This document shows, piece by piece, positions 9,470 to 19,692 of a DNA stretch of 64,000 nt; within the stretch, counting starts at the first letter, position 1; every line of letters starts with the position of its first letter. Below the pieces are notes generated by a model, which saw nothing but the letters and a program-made list of their open reading frames with translations, had not been told where the DNA came from and did no database searches. A program made the translations under genes and the position numbers. This DNA comes from Calditrichia bacterium (GTDB taxonomy: Bacteria > Calditrichota > Calditrichia > RBG-13-44-9 > J075), in assembly GCA_050633245.1 (NCBI GenBank), contig JBOEGD010000022.1:1-64000 (forward strand), written 5' to 3'.

Positions 9470-10540
9470 ATGTATCGAGAATTCAATCGTATGATCCTGA
9501 CTATGACAATTGTGCTATTTGTTGGGAATAATATTTTGATCGCTGACGAAACGTCTAAAGATAAAAAGATAAACGTTTATGTGTGGGATTTTGATGCAAA
9601 ACCTCCTGAGGACTTGAACGCGCAAGAATTCGCAAAGAGCGTTACCGAAGAAATTGAAGAGTTGCTGATCAAAAGCAACATGTTTCGTGTCTTAAATAGG
9701 CGTGAGTATTGGAATTTCTTTACGCAGCGAGAGCAAGAGTCTGGCATTAAAGGAATCGATCACTTTAACGAAAAGATGATTGATACTCTCAAGTCCATTA
9801 ATGCAGAATATGTCGTTTTTGGTAAGGTTGACTATAATGAACCTAGTGGACAAGTGAAGCTTCAAGCTTCCCTGCAAAATTTTAACTCGGAGAAGGTAGC
9901 TCAGGCAACAGAGTATGGTGCAAGGAAACTCAGCTTGGACCCAGAAGAACGAGTAAAGTTGGTAGCTGCACTTGTTAAACCTATACTTTCAAAAGTAAAA
10001 AAGCTCCAATCAAATGAAAGCGATAATAAGAGTTCTTCTTTCTTTTCGGCAAATAGTTGGAATAACGATAGGTTTACAATTAGGTTTGGGTCAACGGCTG
10101 AAAGGAGAGCTTTTTTGACTGGTGTAAGATTAGTCGTTGAACCGCATATAGGAATAGCTCCGTTCCAAAAAGACATTACAAAGCTGCGTATAGAGGGATT
10201 TAAAGACCTTTTAAAGGTGGGGCTTGAAACAAATCTATACCATGGTTTTCTTGCTTTGCAAGTTGGGTTTGTTCTGCCGAGCGAACTCAATTTTGTTGAA
10301 GAAAGTGATGTCGCGGGTGGGTTGTATCTTGTAGATAGGTCGACATACATAGTTGATTCTAAATTGAGTTTCACTGTAGGTTTCTCATTCTTTAACGGCA
10401 TTGTTGCCGCTAATTATACTAGGATAGGATTTGATAATAAAGCCTTCGACTCAATTTATGATGGACCTTTAAACCAAAAGTTAATTCTTTTTAGCATACA
10501 ACCACTTTCGTTGATTCGTTTAGCAGTTAAGAGCTTATAA
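9470..10540 (+). CDS. Exported protein, N-terminal CsgG/TolB_N-like domain plus a beta-rich C-terminal region
   Basis: Signal peptide; INVYVWDFD...FRVLNRR...REQESGI...AEYVVFG pattern; GGAGG SD; paralogous N-terminus to 14164. Confidence 0.55.
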   Translation: MYREFNRMILTMTIVLFVGNNILIADETSKDKKINVYVWDFDAKPPEDLNAQEFAKSVTEEIEELLIKSNMFRVLNRREYWNFFTQREQESGIKGIDHFNEKMIDTLKSINAEYVVFGKVDYNEPSGQVKLQASLQNFNSEKVAQATEYGARKLSLDPEERVKLVAALVKPILSKVKKLQSNESDNKSSSFFSANSWNNDRFTIRFGSTAERRAFLTGVRLVVEPHIGIAPFQKDITKLRIEGFKDLLKVGLETNLYHGFLALQVGFVLPSELNFVEESDVAGGLYLVDRSTYIVDSKLSFTVGFSFFNGIVAANYTRIGFDNKAFDSIYDGPLNQKLILFSIQPLSLIRLAVKSL

Positions 10541-10601
10541 ATAAATCTATGTTGTTTTATAATTAATAGTAATAACTGCTTTCCTGCTTAGTGAGTAAAA
10601 T

Positions 10602-11657
10602 GTGGAGTTCGATATGTTGTTCAAAAAAAAACGTATTACTGTAAACTTATCATTAGTTTTCATTATTACTATAATGCTCTTGACCTTGTTGTCCAGCTGT
10701 TTCAATAATGACTTCGACAGTGATAATATTCTTAATAGTGATGATAATTGTGCTTTTACAAGTAATAGTGAGCAGGGCGATGCTGATGAAGATGGCGTTG
10801 GGGATGCTTGTGATTCAACTAGTCTGATATATATGAGTGAAAGAGATGGGAACCCAGAGATTTATATGCTCAACCTTATTGATATGAATCGTACGCAGTT
10901 AACCCAGGATAATAGTATATCAAACTTTGCTCCAACTTGGTCACCAGATGGTAGATTGATTGCATATCATTCAAAGAGTAGTGCTAGGGAATATTTCGAT
11001 ATATTGGTCATGGAAAGAAGTGGTAAAAATATTAGAAATTTAACAGAAAGTTTAAGCGTAGCAGGAGATAGCTACAGGCCAACATGGTCACCAGATGGCG
11101 CGCAAATTGCCTTTCAATTCGATTCGGAGCTCGCATCAAATAAGCTTTGGATTCTAAATATAAACAATCCTCAAAATGCAGCCAACCTCATTAGCTCTTC
11201 TAAGCAAAGGCATGAACATGATCCCTGCTGGTCACCGACTGGAGAGAGTATCGTTTTTACTACAGAAACTCTTGATACAAACAACCGAATCTACTCATTG
11301 ATTTTGGTAGATGTCCTTGATAAAACTGAAGTTAAAATATTAACGGATTCATTGAGAATATGGAATGCCGTATTCTCTGCTGATGGTCAGGAAGTATTTT
11401 TTGCTAAGATTGTTCAACAGTATTTTGAGATTTTTTCCATAAACCTTGATGGAACAAATCTCAGAAGCATATATAAGCTTGAGGAGGGAAATGTGAATGA
11501 ACCTTCACTTTCACCTCGAGGTGATGTTATGGCCTTTCAGTTTCAAGCTGATTCAGATGGGGAATCGAGAGATATTGCTGTCTTGGATCTTAAAAGTAAC
11601 GTTATTACACGTATTACAACAAATGGCTTTGTTGATGGTACGCCGGATTTATTCTAA
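10602..11657 (+). CDS. Lipoprotein with a thrombospondin type-3-like Ca-binding repeat and a TolB/PD40 beta-propeller
   Basis: Lipobox LSSC; DNC...QGDADEDGVGDACD; repeated P.WSPDG motifs. Exact start uncertain. Confidence 0.8.
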   Translation: MEFDMLFKKKRITVNLSLVFIITIMLLTLLSSCFNNDFDSDNILNSDDNCAFTSNSEQGDADEDGVGDACDSTSLIYMSERDGNPEIYMLNLIDMNRTQLTQDNSISNFAPTWSPDGRLIAYHSKSSAREYFDILVMERSGKNIRNLTESLSVAGDSYRPTWSPDGAQIAFQFDSELASNKLWILNINNPQNAANLISSSKQRHEHDPCWSPTGESIVFTTETLDTNNRIYSLILVDVLDKTEVKILTDSLRIWNAVFSADGQEVFFAKIVQQYFEIFSINLDGTNLRSIYKLEEGNVNEPSLSPRGDVMAFQFQADSDGESRDIAVLDLKSNVITRITTNGFVDGTPDLF

Positions 11658-11923
11658 AGATGATGCCATACTCAATATGGACATCATGAATAATTAACAG
11701 ATGAGTTTTAAAACAGAACTTTCTTAGTTCTAACATCCGGCAGTTTAATAGAGAATTAATAACGGATAAAATGTTATAAATGGCTATTGTTGTGGTGTTA
11801 TGGGGCAACTATTGAAAATAGTAAACTGATATGCTATAGATCAGTGCGTGATGATATTTAGCTTTAGTGATTCCTTCAATAAACAGAACCTCCCCGCTTT
11901 AAAGATATCAATACTAACATATT

Positions 11924-12966
11924 ATGGGAGCGTTCATGTTGTTCATTTCGCAAAGTCAAAAAATTATTCAAACGTTAGTTCTGCTTTTGAGTATGACATT
12001 GCTATTCTTATTCTCTCGTTGTTCTGAAAATGATGCGGATGGCGATGGGATTCTCGATGCGAACGACAACTGTTCTCTAACGCAAAACCCAGAACAGGAC
12101 GATTTTGATGGCGATGGAATAGGCCATGTGTGTGATTCAACTGTAATAATGTTTGAAAATAATCTAGACAATGATTATGAAATTTTTACATGGAACCTAG
12201 AAAGTGGAAAGCTACGGCAGTTGATGGATAACAATGTAGATGATATAGATGCCGTTTGGTCACCAGATAGAGCTCAGATAGCTTTTCGAGTTGATAGTGA
12301 AGAGGAACATATGGATGACATCTATATTATGGATTCAAATGGAAACAATCGGGTCAATATTACAGCAATTCTAGGAGATGGTGATGACAAAGTTCCTTCT
12401 TGGTCGAAAGATGGCAAGGCACTTATATTTCAACATGAAAACTTAGTCTCATTTCGACACGAGATTTGGAAAATCACATTTGGCTCTAATCATGCAGAGC
12501 GTTTAATTGAAGAAAATATAAATGGCATGAACTAAACCCCACCTTCTCTAATGATGGTAAGAAAATCGCCTTTACCATTGAGAACTTTCAAGCCAATGCG
12601 TGGTCACTTGTTCTGATAAATGAAGATGGAAGTTCTAATAATACTTTATTTAATAGTCCTACAAGAATATGGAATGCTGAATTCGCAAAAGATGATAAAC
12701 ATATTTATTATACATACCAAACTAACGGCCGATATGGCCTTTTTTCGATAAATATTAGTACGCGTGAAATAAGCCACCTAATTTCTAATGAACAAAAAGA
12801 TGCTTACGGACCATCAATATCGCCTAAAAATGATAAGATAATATTCGAATATCGAGAAATTCAAGAACTAACAAAGTCACAGATTTACAAGTTGGATCTT
12901 TCGGGTTTCGAAGCAACGCAAATTACTTTTTTCAATTCACGTAGTCGTAATCCAGATTGGTATTAG
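11924..12966 (+). pseudogene. Frameshifted paralog of 10602 (TSP3 + PD40 propeller lipoprotein)
   Basis: ORF stops at 12535, but the -1 frame from about 12520 reads KWHELNPTFSNDGKKIAFT...RIWNAEF...GPSISPKND...RNPDWY* (stop 12966), collinear with the paralog. Real lesion or sequencing error. Confidence 0.8.
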
Positions 12967-13198
12967 ATGCTTAAAATTGGAGCCAGGGAGCTTTAGGAGT
13001 AAATTTTCTATAGTTGTTGTATCTATTTAAACTAGTGGCGTATCTGCGTATGTTTATTCAAAATTTCCCCGCAAATGGTGAGCTCTAATATTTCCGTATG
13101 GGCTTCGCTCAAGTAATTGTTCGCATTGTTCTTGACGTCCATAAACTAAGTAATGCTTTGTATACCGTCTCTTTTGTAATTAGGTGAACTGAGAATCT

Positions 13199-14152
13199 AT
13201 GTCTGATAAAATACTAAATGAATTAGTTCATGCAATTCTTTCTTTGCCCGGCGTTAATGCCCCGCAAATGCTTCAAAGTATTGTGGAATCTTTGCCGAAG
13301 CAGGTTCAGGAAGCTATATCGCAGAGTGAGAATCATGATATGCGAGGTATTGTGCAGGCGTGTTCGAAGCAAGATAAACTTGATGATTTGATACAGGCTT
13401 TGAGAACAATGTTTGGAGAGTCAGCCTCATATCAACAGCTTGTAGAATTGCAAACTGCCTGGGAATCAGATCGAGAGTATGACATCTCGAAAACAGACCG
13501 CTCTGCGGGAGTTGATGGAAATGTCTCTGATTCCGTTATCATTACCGGGGATAATAACAAAGTCTACTCTGGAAATATAAATAAGCTAGACTTGCCAGAT
13601 CATGAGGAGAATGATGGAAAGTTTAAGGCAACGGCTCACAGGATCCAAATAATTACACTCGTTATTGCGATCTTGGCTATAATCACCCCGCTCTTATATG
13701 ACTACCTAATCAAACAACCTGATGTCGCACTATTGCCCGTAAATACTAGAGATGGTATGGTTGTTAAGGAAGATCAGCCTCTTGAAACTTTTGATTCTCC
13801 TGCTCAGGATGTAGACCTGCCTACAGAAAACAATAATCCTAAGTCATTTGGAAACAAAGCTCAGAAGCAGGAAGACCCTGTGAAAGAGCGGGATAAGGCT
13901 TCAGGTTCAACGAAACCTGAGGTCAATATACCTAAGATAAATCTAAAACTAATTGTTCCAAACCCAATGCGTAATGGCCGTGTTCTTGTAAATGGCGCAG
14001 AGCATTATACAAGACCTAACACCATAATTAAGTCTATTAACGTTGTTCCCGGAAGGCATGAAATTCTGATTGTTACGAAAACAGATACTTGTAGAGCAGC
14101 GGGAGTGTTTATAGAAGACGGTAAGACTATACCGGTGGATTTTGTAGAATAA
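13199..14152 (+). CDS. EAD2-like effector-associated domain + shared motif + single TM helix + extracytoplasmic linker and PEGA-like beta domain
   Basis: N-terminal LVHAILSLP...SIVESLP...IVQAC...LDDLIQALRTMFGES resembles the EAD2 consensus; motif RSAGVDGNVSDSVIITGDNNKV; TM IQIITLVIAILAIITPLLY. Confidence 0.6.
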   Translation: MSDKILNELVHAILSLPGVNAPQMLQSIVESLPKQVQEAISQSENHDMRGIVQACSKQDKLDDLIQALRTMFGESASYQQLVELQTAWESDREYDISKTDRSAGVDGNVSDSVIITGDNNKVYSGNINKLDLPDHEENDGKFKATAHRIQIITLVIAILAIITPLLYDYLIKQPDVALLPVNTRDGMVVKEDQPLETFDSPAQDVDLPTENNNPKSFGNKAQKQEDPVKERDKASGSTKPEVNIPKINLKLIVPNPMRNGRVLVNGAEHYTRPNTIIKSINVVPGRHEILIVTKTDTCRAAGVFIEDGKTIPVDFVE

Positions 14153-14163
14153 TAGGAGGGGAA

Positions 14164-15207
14164 ATGTATCAACATCTCAATAACATATACTTGTTTTTGA
14201 TGTTTATCCTGTTTTTGGGGAATACTACTCTGATCGCTGATCAGCAATCAAAAGTCGAAAAAATAAATGTTTATGTCTGGAATTTTGATGCCAAGTCTAC
14301 AAATTCTAAAGCTCTGGCAAATGATGTAACGGAAGAGTTTGAGGAGGCATTGATCAATAGTCATACCTTCCGTGTATTAGATAGACGTAACTTTTCGAAG
14401 GTTTTTACACAGCGAGAGCAAGAGGCTGGTATAAAAGGGATTGAGGGCTTTAATGACAAGATGTTTGACACGCTAAAATCTTTAAATGCAGAATATATCG
14501 TTTTTGGAGAAGTAGATTTCGAAGACCCCAGTGGGGAAATAAAGTTCAGAGCTTATTTGCAAAATCTCGATACAGAAATTATTGCAAAAAAAACACTCCA
14601 TGGCGCGAGGGCACTTCGTCTGGCACCGAAGACTCGTATGAAGTTAATCGGAACCTTAGTTGATTCAATAATTTGTCAGTCAACGGCCAAATTAGACTTG
14701 GAGTTTGATGATGAGTCAAAATATTCCAAACAAGGAAAAAGATGTGGCTTTTCTGTCAAAATAAACCCTCCAGATTTTGATGTTGGAAATGATCTGATGT
14801 GGCAATCTATTCTATTACCTGGTTTGGGACATATTCTGGACAATAAAAAGCGCGGATATGTTTATACGACTGCATTTATTGCATCTGCCATTTTCTCTGT
14901 GACTTCAGCCATACGTTACAATAGTAAGCTGGATGAATTAAAAGATGCGAACTCTATATTCGATTCAGATCGAAACATCACGAATGCCTTGGTAAAAAAC
15001 AAGAAAATTGAGGAAATAAACGATGCTGAGAATTTGGTAAATACTTCTCTATATATCTTTGGAGGGCTTTATGTTGTAAATCTAACCGATGTAATTTTCT
15101 CTACTTGGCTTAATAAACCAGCCCCTGAAGTACAACCGATAGTTACTTTCCCCAACTCCCCGCAATTACAATCAAACCCTATGTATGGTATAAAAATAAG
15201 TTGGTGA
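14164..15207 (+). CDS. Exported protein, CsgG/TolB_N-like domain + DUF5683-like C-terminus
   Basis: Signal peptide; FRVLDRR...REQEAGI; SILLPGLGH motif followed by hydrophobic helices; GGAGG SD. Confidence 0.55.
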   Translation: MYQHLNNIYLFLMFILFLGNTTLIADQQSKVEKINVYVWNFDAKSTNSKALANDVTEEFEEALINSHTFRVLDRRNFSKVFTQREQEAGIKGIEGFNDKMFDTLKSLNAEYIVFGEVDFEDPSGEIKFRAYLQNLDTEIIAKKTLHGARALRLAPKTRMKLIGTLVDSIICQSTAKLDLEFDDESKYSKQGKRCGFSVKINPPDFDVGNDLMWQSILLPGLGHILDNKKRGYVYTTAFIASAIFSVTSAIRYNSKLDELKDANSIFDSDRNITNALVKNKKIEEINDAENLVNTSLYIFGGLYVVNLTDVIFSTWLNKPAPEVQPIVTFPNSPQLQSNPMYGIKISW

Positions 15208-15212
15208 GGAAT

Positions 15213-17117
15213 ATGAAAAAAGCTCTGCAAATGATCGTAATCTGCACTCTTGTTCTGGCTTGTTCAACAGATCCTGATCTTACGAAAAGTGAAGATGTTG
15301 AACCGGATATAGTAACAGATATTGATGGAAATGAATACCAAACGATTCAAATCGGGTCTCAGGTTTGGATGGCAGAAGATTTAAGGGTTACTCGCTATCG
15401 AGATGGAACTAAAATTTTAAATCTTATCGATAGCTCCGATTGGTCTTCGACTCAGGAGGGAGCCTATGCGAGTTATGAAAACAATGATGCTAATGGTGTT
15501 GAATTCGGTTTGCTCTATAATGGTCTTGCAGTTGAAGATGTAAGAAATATTGCACCCGAGGGCTGGCGAGTGCCGACGGATAAAGACTGGAAAATACTGG
15601 AAACTCATCTGGGAATTAGCATTGAAGAGCTGGATGTCGCTTCAGCAAGGGGGGCTTTTGAAGGAGGGATGTTGAAGGAGATAGGAACTTCACATTGGAA
15701 TAATCCTAATGTCGGTGCAACAAACGAGACTTTTTTCACCGCTCGCCCCGGAGGACAGAGACAGGATGACGGCTCTTACGATGGTTTAGGACTGATAGGC
15801 TGGTTTTGGTCTGTAACTCGGATACAGGGAGGTACAAACTTGTGGCAACGAACCCTGCAAAATGACAATGCTCAAATTGGACGCGGGGTAAATAGCCCTC
15901 AACATGGCAGGTCTATTCGCTGTATTAAAGAAACCGCCGGACCGGCGGGATCCCCCTTGCAAGAGGATAAAATCACTCCATTTGATGCCTTAGTTAATAA
16001 TCGTTTTGGTCACGCCGTATCGATAGATGGTTCCTTTTTAGCTGTGTCGGCAATTAGTAATGATCGAAGAGGACCTGCCGCAGGTTCTGCTTACATTTTT
16101 GAACGCGTGACTTCTGGCTGGAGTGAGAAACTACAACTGTTACCAGATTTGCTTGAGCCCGGTGATGAGTTGGGGCGCTCTATCGGCTGTGGAGACGGTT
16201 GGGTAATCGTTGGGGCGGATGGAGACGACGATCGAGGTAAAAATGCTGGTGCAGTTTATATCTATCGTAATGCTACAAGTGGATGGGAATTCACTCAAAA
16301 GCTTACCGCACCGAATGGTGCTCCAGATGATCGATTTGGGGTGTCATGTGCTATAAATAATCAGTGGGCAGTTGTTGGAGCTTTTGCACAAGATAGTATT
16401 GCAATGAATAGCGGCTCCGTTTATATATATCGCTACAATACTGGAGCGCAGAACTGGGGTTTTGACAGAGAAATAGTTGCGCCAACTGCGAGAGAGGGAG
16501 CAATTTTTGGAAACGCTGTAAGCTTATCAGGAAATCAGATAGTAATCGGAGCTAGCATGGATGATGAGCTTGGAGATCAAGCCGGAGCCGCTTATGTTTT
16601 CGAACATGAAGTAAATGAATGGAGCTTTAAAGGCAAGTTAGTTGCCTCAGATGGTATGTCTGGAGCTAACTTTGGTGCATCCGTAGCTATTGATGGAGAT
16701 GATTTAATTGTTGGTTCTCCCAAATCAGACGGCCAAGGAGATAATGCGGGTTCGATTTACTTCTTCGAAAAGCAAAACAATGTCTGGCAAGAATCCGGTA
16801 GATATATGGCCTCTTCTCCTGCTGCGTCTGATGAATTTGGCGGTAGAGTAGATATTTCCGGAGAGATAGCTTTAATTGGTAGCACTGGTAAAGATATTAC
16901 TGGCGAGAACTCTGGAGCGGCTTATATCTTTAGAAAAGATGGCGATGGTTGGAAAGAAATTGAAGTAATATGTGCTTCCGATGGAGCAAGTAGCAATAGC
17001 TATGGAGACTATGTGGCAATTGATGGGAATTATGCTGTCGTAGGTGCACCTCAAAGCGCTCATGATGGAGCAAGCTCCGGTATTGTTTATATATATACTC
17101 CTTTGATACAAAACTAG
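15213..17117 (+). CDS. Lipoprotein with a Fibrobacter succinogenes major paralogous (FISUMP) domain + FG-GAP repeat propeller
   Basis: Lipobox VLAC; DIDGNEYQTIQIGSQVWMAEDL...GLLYN...PEGWRVPT...SIRCIK; repeated FG.SVAIDG...VGA...G.AYIF units. Confidence 0.85.
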   Translation: MKKALQMIVICTLVLACSTDPDLTKSEDVEPDIVTDIDGNEYQTIQIGSQVWMAEDLRVTRYRDGTKILNLIDSSDWSSTQEGAYASYENNDANGVEFGLLYNGLAVEDVRNIAPEGWRVPTDKDWKILETHLGISIEELDVASARGAFEGGMLKEIGTSHWNNPNVGATNETFFTARPGGQRQDDGSYDGLGLIGWFWSVTRIQGGTNLWQRTLQNDNAQIGRGVNSPQHGRSIRCIKETAGPAGSPLQEDKITPFDALVNNRFGHAVSIDGSFLAVSAISNDRRGPAAGSAYIFERVTSGWSEKLQLLPDLLEPGDELGRSIGCGDGWVIVGADGDDDRGKNAGAVYIYRNATSGWEFTQKLTAPNGAPDDRFGVSCAINNQWAVVGAFAQDSIAMNSGSVYIYRYNTGAQNWGFDREIVAPTAREGAIFGNAVSLSGNQIVIGASMDDELGDQAGAAYVFEHEVNEWSFKGKLVASDGMSGANFGASVAIDGDDLIVGSPKSDGQGDNAGSIYFFEKQNNVWQESGRYMASSPAASDEFGGRVDISGEIALIGSTGKDITGENSGAAYIFRKDGDGWKEIEVICASDGASSNSYGDYVAIDGNYAVVGAPQSAHDGASSGIVYIYTPLIQN

Positions 17118-17167
17118 AAAGCGATCCACTAGCCTTAGTATTATTTATCATTTAAGTGCAGAAGTGT

Positions 17168-17200
17168 CTTGCCAGGCTCATGCTAAATGAGCCTGGCAAG
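17168..17200. terminator. Hairpin between convergent genes
   Basis: CTTGCCAGGCTCAT-gctaa-ATGAGCCTGGCAAG perfect inverted repeat. Confidence 0.7.
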
Positions 17201-17206
17201 CAAACT

Positions 17207-17956
17207 TTAAAACGTCGATCCACCCAAAAACGCAACTACCAGTGACCCGCCAACAAGAAGGCTCGCCATTGGGTTATGTCTCTCAACCTGAAAGAGATAT
17301 CGAGAGTAATTGTCTTCATTAAGACGCAGGTTAAATCCATAAAACATATTCTGTTTGAAGATTCCCTGGTCATTTTCACTCTCATGTGGTATGCAGACAA
17401 TCAGCAATCGGCAATATCGAATCTGGCTATCTTGCAGAAACTCAATAAGTTTTTTTTGTTCCTTCTCTGCTTGTGGCCAGTCATGATTTACCAGAAAATC
17501 ATAATCCGTAATATTTCCGGGATTACAACTTTTATCATCCTCTATTTTTCCCAGAATAAAGGTATGATGATTAGAATAAACGGAGTTGAGTTCATTGGGC
17601 TTGAAATACGGTCCTTCAATGAATTGTCCGCTTTCATCTGCAAGTTGTTTCCAAGGGAATTCTTGATTTAACATTGTTGTTCGATCCGAAGGAGTGGATA
17701 TTGCAAGATAACGCAGGTTCCACTCTACGCTTATTTCTACTGCCTGGATGGTGGGTTTGCCCTTTTGCTTATACTCTTGAAGGTTACCACCGTCACTAAA
17801 CGAAATTCGTACTGGTTCTTTCTGGGTCTTTGGTCTGTTTGGGTAGATGTCTACTCGCTTGTTAAAGGTAAACAAGTTGCAGGAAGAGCTGGTGAATAGC
17901 AGAAAAAGAATAAGCCAGTTTAATACCTTTTTATTTGGATAGGTTCGATTTAACAT
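17207..17956 (-). CDS. Hypothetical lipoprotein
   Basis: 249-aa ORF; hydrophobic leader ending SSSC; translationally coupled to the upstream gene. Confidence 0.6.
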   Translation of the reverse strand: MLNRTYPNKKVLNWLILFLLFTSSSCNLFTFNKRVDIYPNRPKTQKEPVRISFSDGGNLQEYKQKGKPTIQAVEISVEWNLRYLAISTPSDRTTMLNQEFPWKQLADESGQFIEGPYFKPNELNSVYSNHHTFILGKIEDDKSCNPGNITDYDFLVNHDWPQAEKEQKKLIEFLQDSQIRYCRLLIVCIPHESENDQGIFKQNMFYGFNLRLNEDNYSRYLFQVERHNPMASLLVGGSLVVAFLGGSTF

Positions 17957-17957
17957 A

Positions 17958-19087
17958 TTATTTCTCCTCCAGAATTGTATCCTTAATGGTGGAATACTTT
18001 TCGATTAATTTAGCGCGGTTGGGAGCACCCCGGTTAAAAGCGATATGAGCACCAAAGCTTGGTCCTTTGTCCTTACCGCCAAACCCATCGTTAAATGTTG
18101 AGAAAGTGAAGTTACCGATTCTTACGCGCAGGCTGCTAAAAAGCTCGTTTAAGGGAGTCTTGGCCTGAAATACTTTGCTTTGATTTCTCCCGTTAAATTC
18201 ATTTATCATTGCCAACTCATCAACGCTTCTGGATTTCACAAAGAATCCATTAGCGTGTGTCATCGCAAATTGAATGAGAATTGGAAATCCTCTGACAGTA
18301 ATGCGAGTACTAATCATCCCCTGAACATTTACGTAATAAGATGTGAGATCATCAAAGTGATATCCGGGCAGCAACAGGCCACCTCTGATCATACCACCGA
18401 CGCCAACAGAGCGAACTCCAACACCATAAACCGAGAATTTACGCGGCAGATATGCTTCCCTCAGGTTTGAGCCGGCATGGAGAAAAAGCTCCTGATTCAC
18501 GGTGTTAAGGCTAAAACCTGCACCGACAAAGAACGGAGACGGAACCGCTTCTTCTACCCGACCCGGTAGCTTACGGCTATAATCGAAGCGCAGAAAATAC
18601 TCTATTGAGAATCCTGCAATCGGTACTTTTTTCGTAGGCCCCAGAGATGTGTTGTTAACAGTGTCGGTCGAATCGCGTGGAATGCGAAGAAGCTGAGAAT
18701 TGCCCCTCCAGTTCGCCCAATGAATCACATCGTTTTGCAGCCATTCCGTAACATAATCGTTGACCACGCCAAATGTGGCGGTTTTTCTTTTTGTTAATGA
18801 CAGATCCTGATTTAAAAAATAGTCCGCGGTTTCAAAGACGCTATACGAAAGAATATTAAAGCCAAGTGTTTCATCGATATCATTATAGGGCGTGAAGCGA
18901 TACGTGTTGGTTCCGGTTAATACTTCCTTGCCGAATTGAGTAAAACCGAGAAAATGAAGTCCAATATCTCTGCGCTCCTCCAGTTCCGGGAGCATAATCG
19001 CCCCCCAATGGAACTTGGACTGACCAACCCCTGAGCAAAACTAAGGAATGTTAAAAGTAAAGTGAATATTAACGTTTTTAGTATCAT
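17958..19087 (-). CDS. Hypothetical exported, beta-rich protein; 5' end split by a 1-bp frameshift
   Basis: 345-aa ORF from 18995. A signal-peptide-like MILKTLIFTLLLTFLSF starts at ATG 19087 (AAGGGGG SD) in another frame; one extra base in the run at 19037-19040 joins them. Confidence 0.6.
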
Positions 19088-19692
19088 TTCAGACCCCCTT
19101 GTTATGTCGCAAATGCACCTGTTTTCTGATTACTTAAAACCGTATGTGTCGTCTATCCTGTAAGACTACATATATGGCTCTGTATGTCATTTACTCATTA
19201 AATATTCTGTAGTGGGGAGAATTTTTCCGGCCTTTGTTGATACCGGTAAATGGGATTTAAAGGGGAGTAGAATACACCAAGAGTTGACAGCGTGATAATT
19301 AAAACCCGTCGAATTTTCTAAATGGAATTCTAAAGCTTTACAACCATTCTTACTCGATGCCTGTATATTTAAATAGAGGCGAATCATCTTGAATTCTCTC
19401 AAAAAACTTTATGTTCTAAGCAGAAAACCATTCATAGCGATCTTCAGAAATAAATAGAAGTGGCTCGAAAATCTGTCACTAAACTATTGGTTATTCATTC
19501 GAATTCCTCTCTGACTATCCCCGCCAAAAAAAGTTGAGTGCAGATCTTACTGACCCTCCCTTGCACAAAATCCTATAAATCTCTATATTTTAGCAAAATC
19601 TCCCCTTGTTAAGCATCTGTTTGGTAAGTGACTTTACCGGCAAATAGACGTATTTATTGCAAACACAGCGACGACTTACGGAAGATGATTCT

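Noticed and set aside
9470-15207. Curli-type amyloid secretion via the CsgG-like proteins
   Set aside because: This domain is widespread, no csgA/B/E/F are visible, and the shared motif is on cytoplasmic segments.
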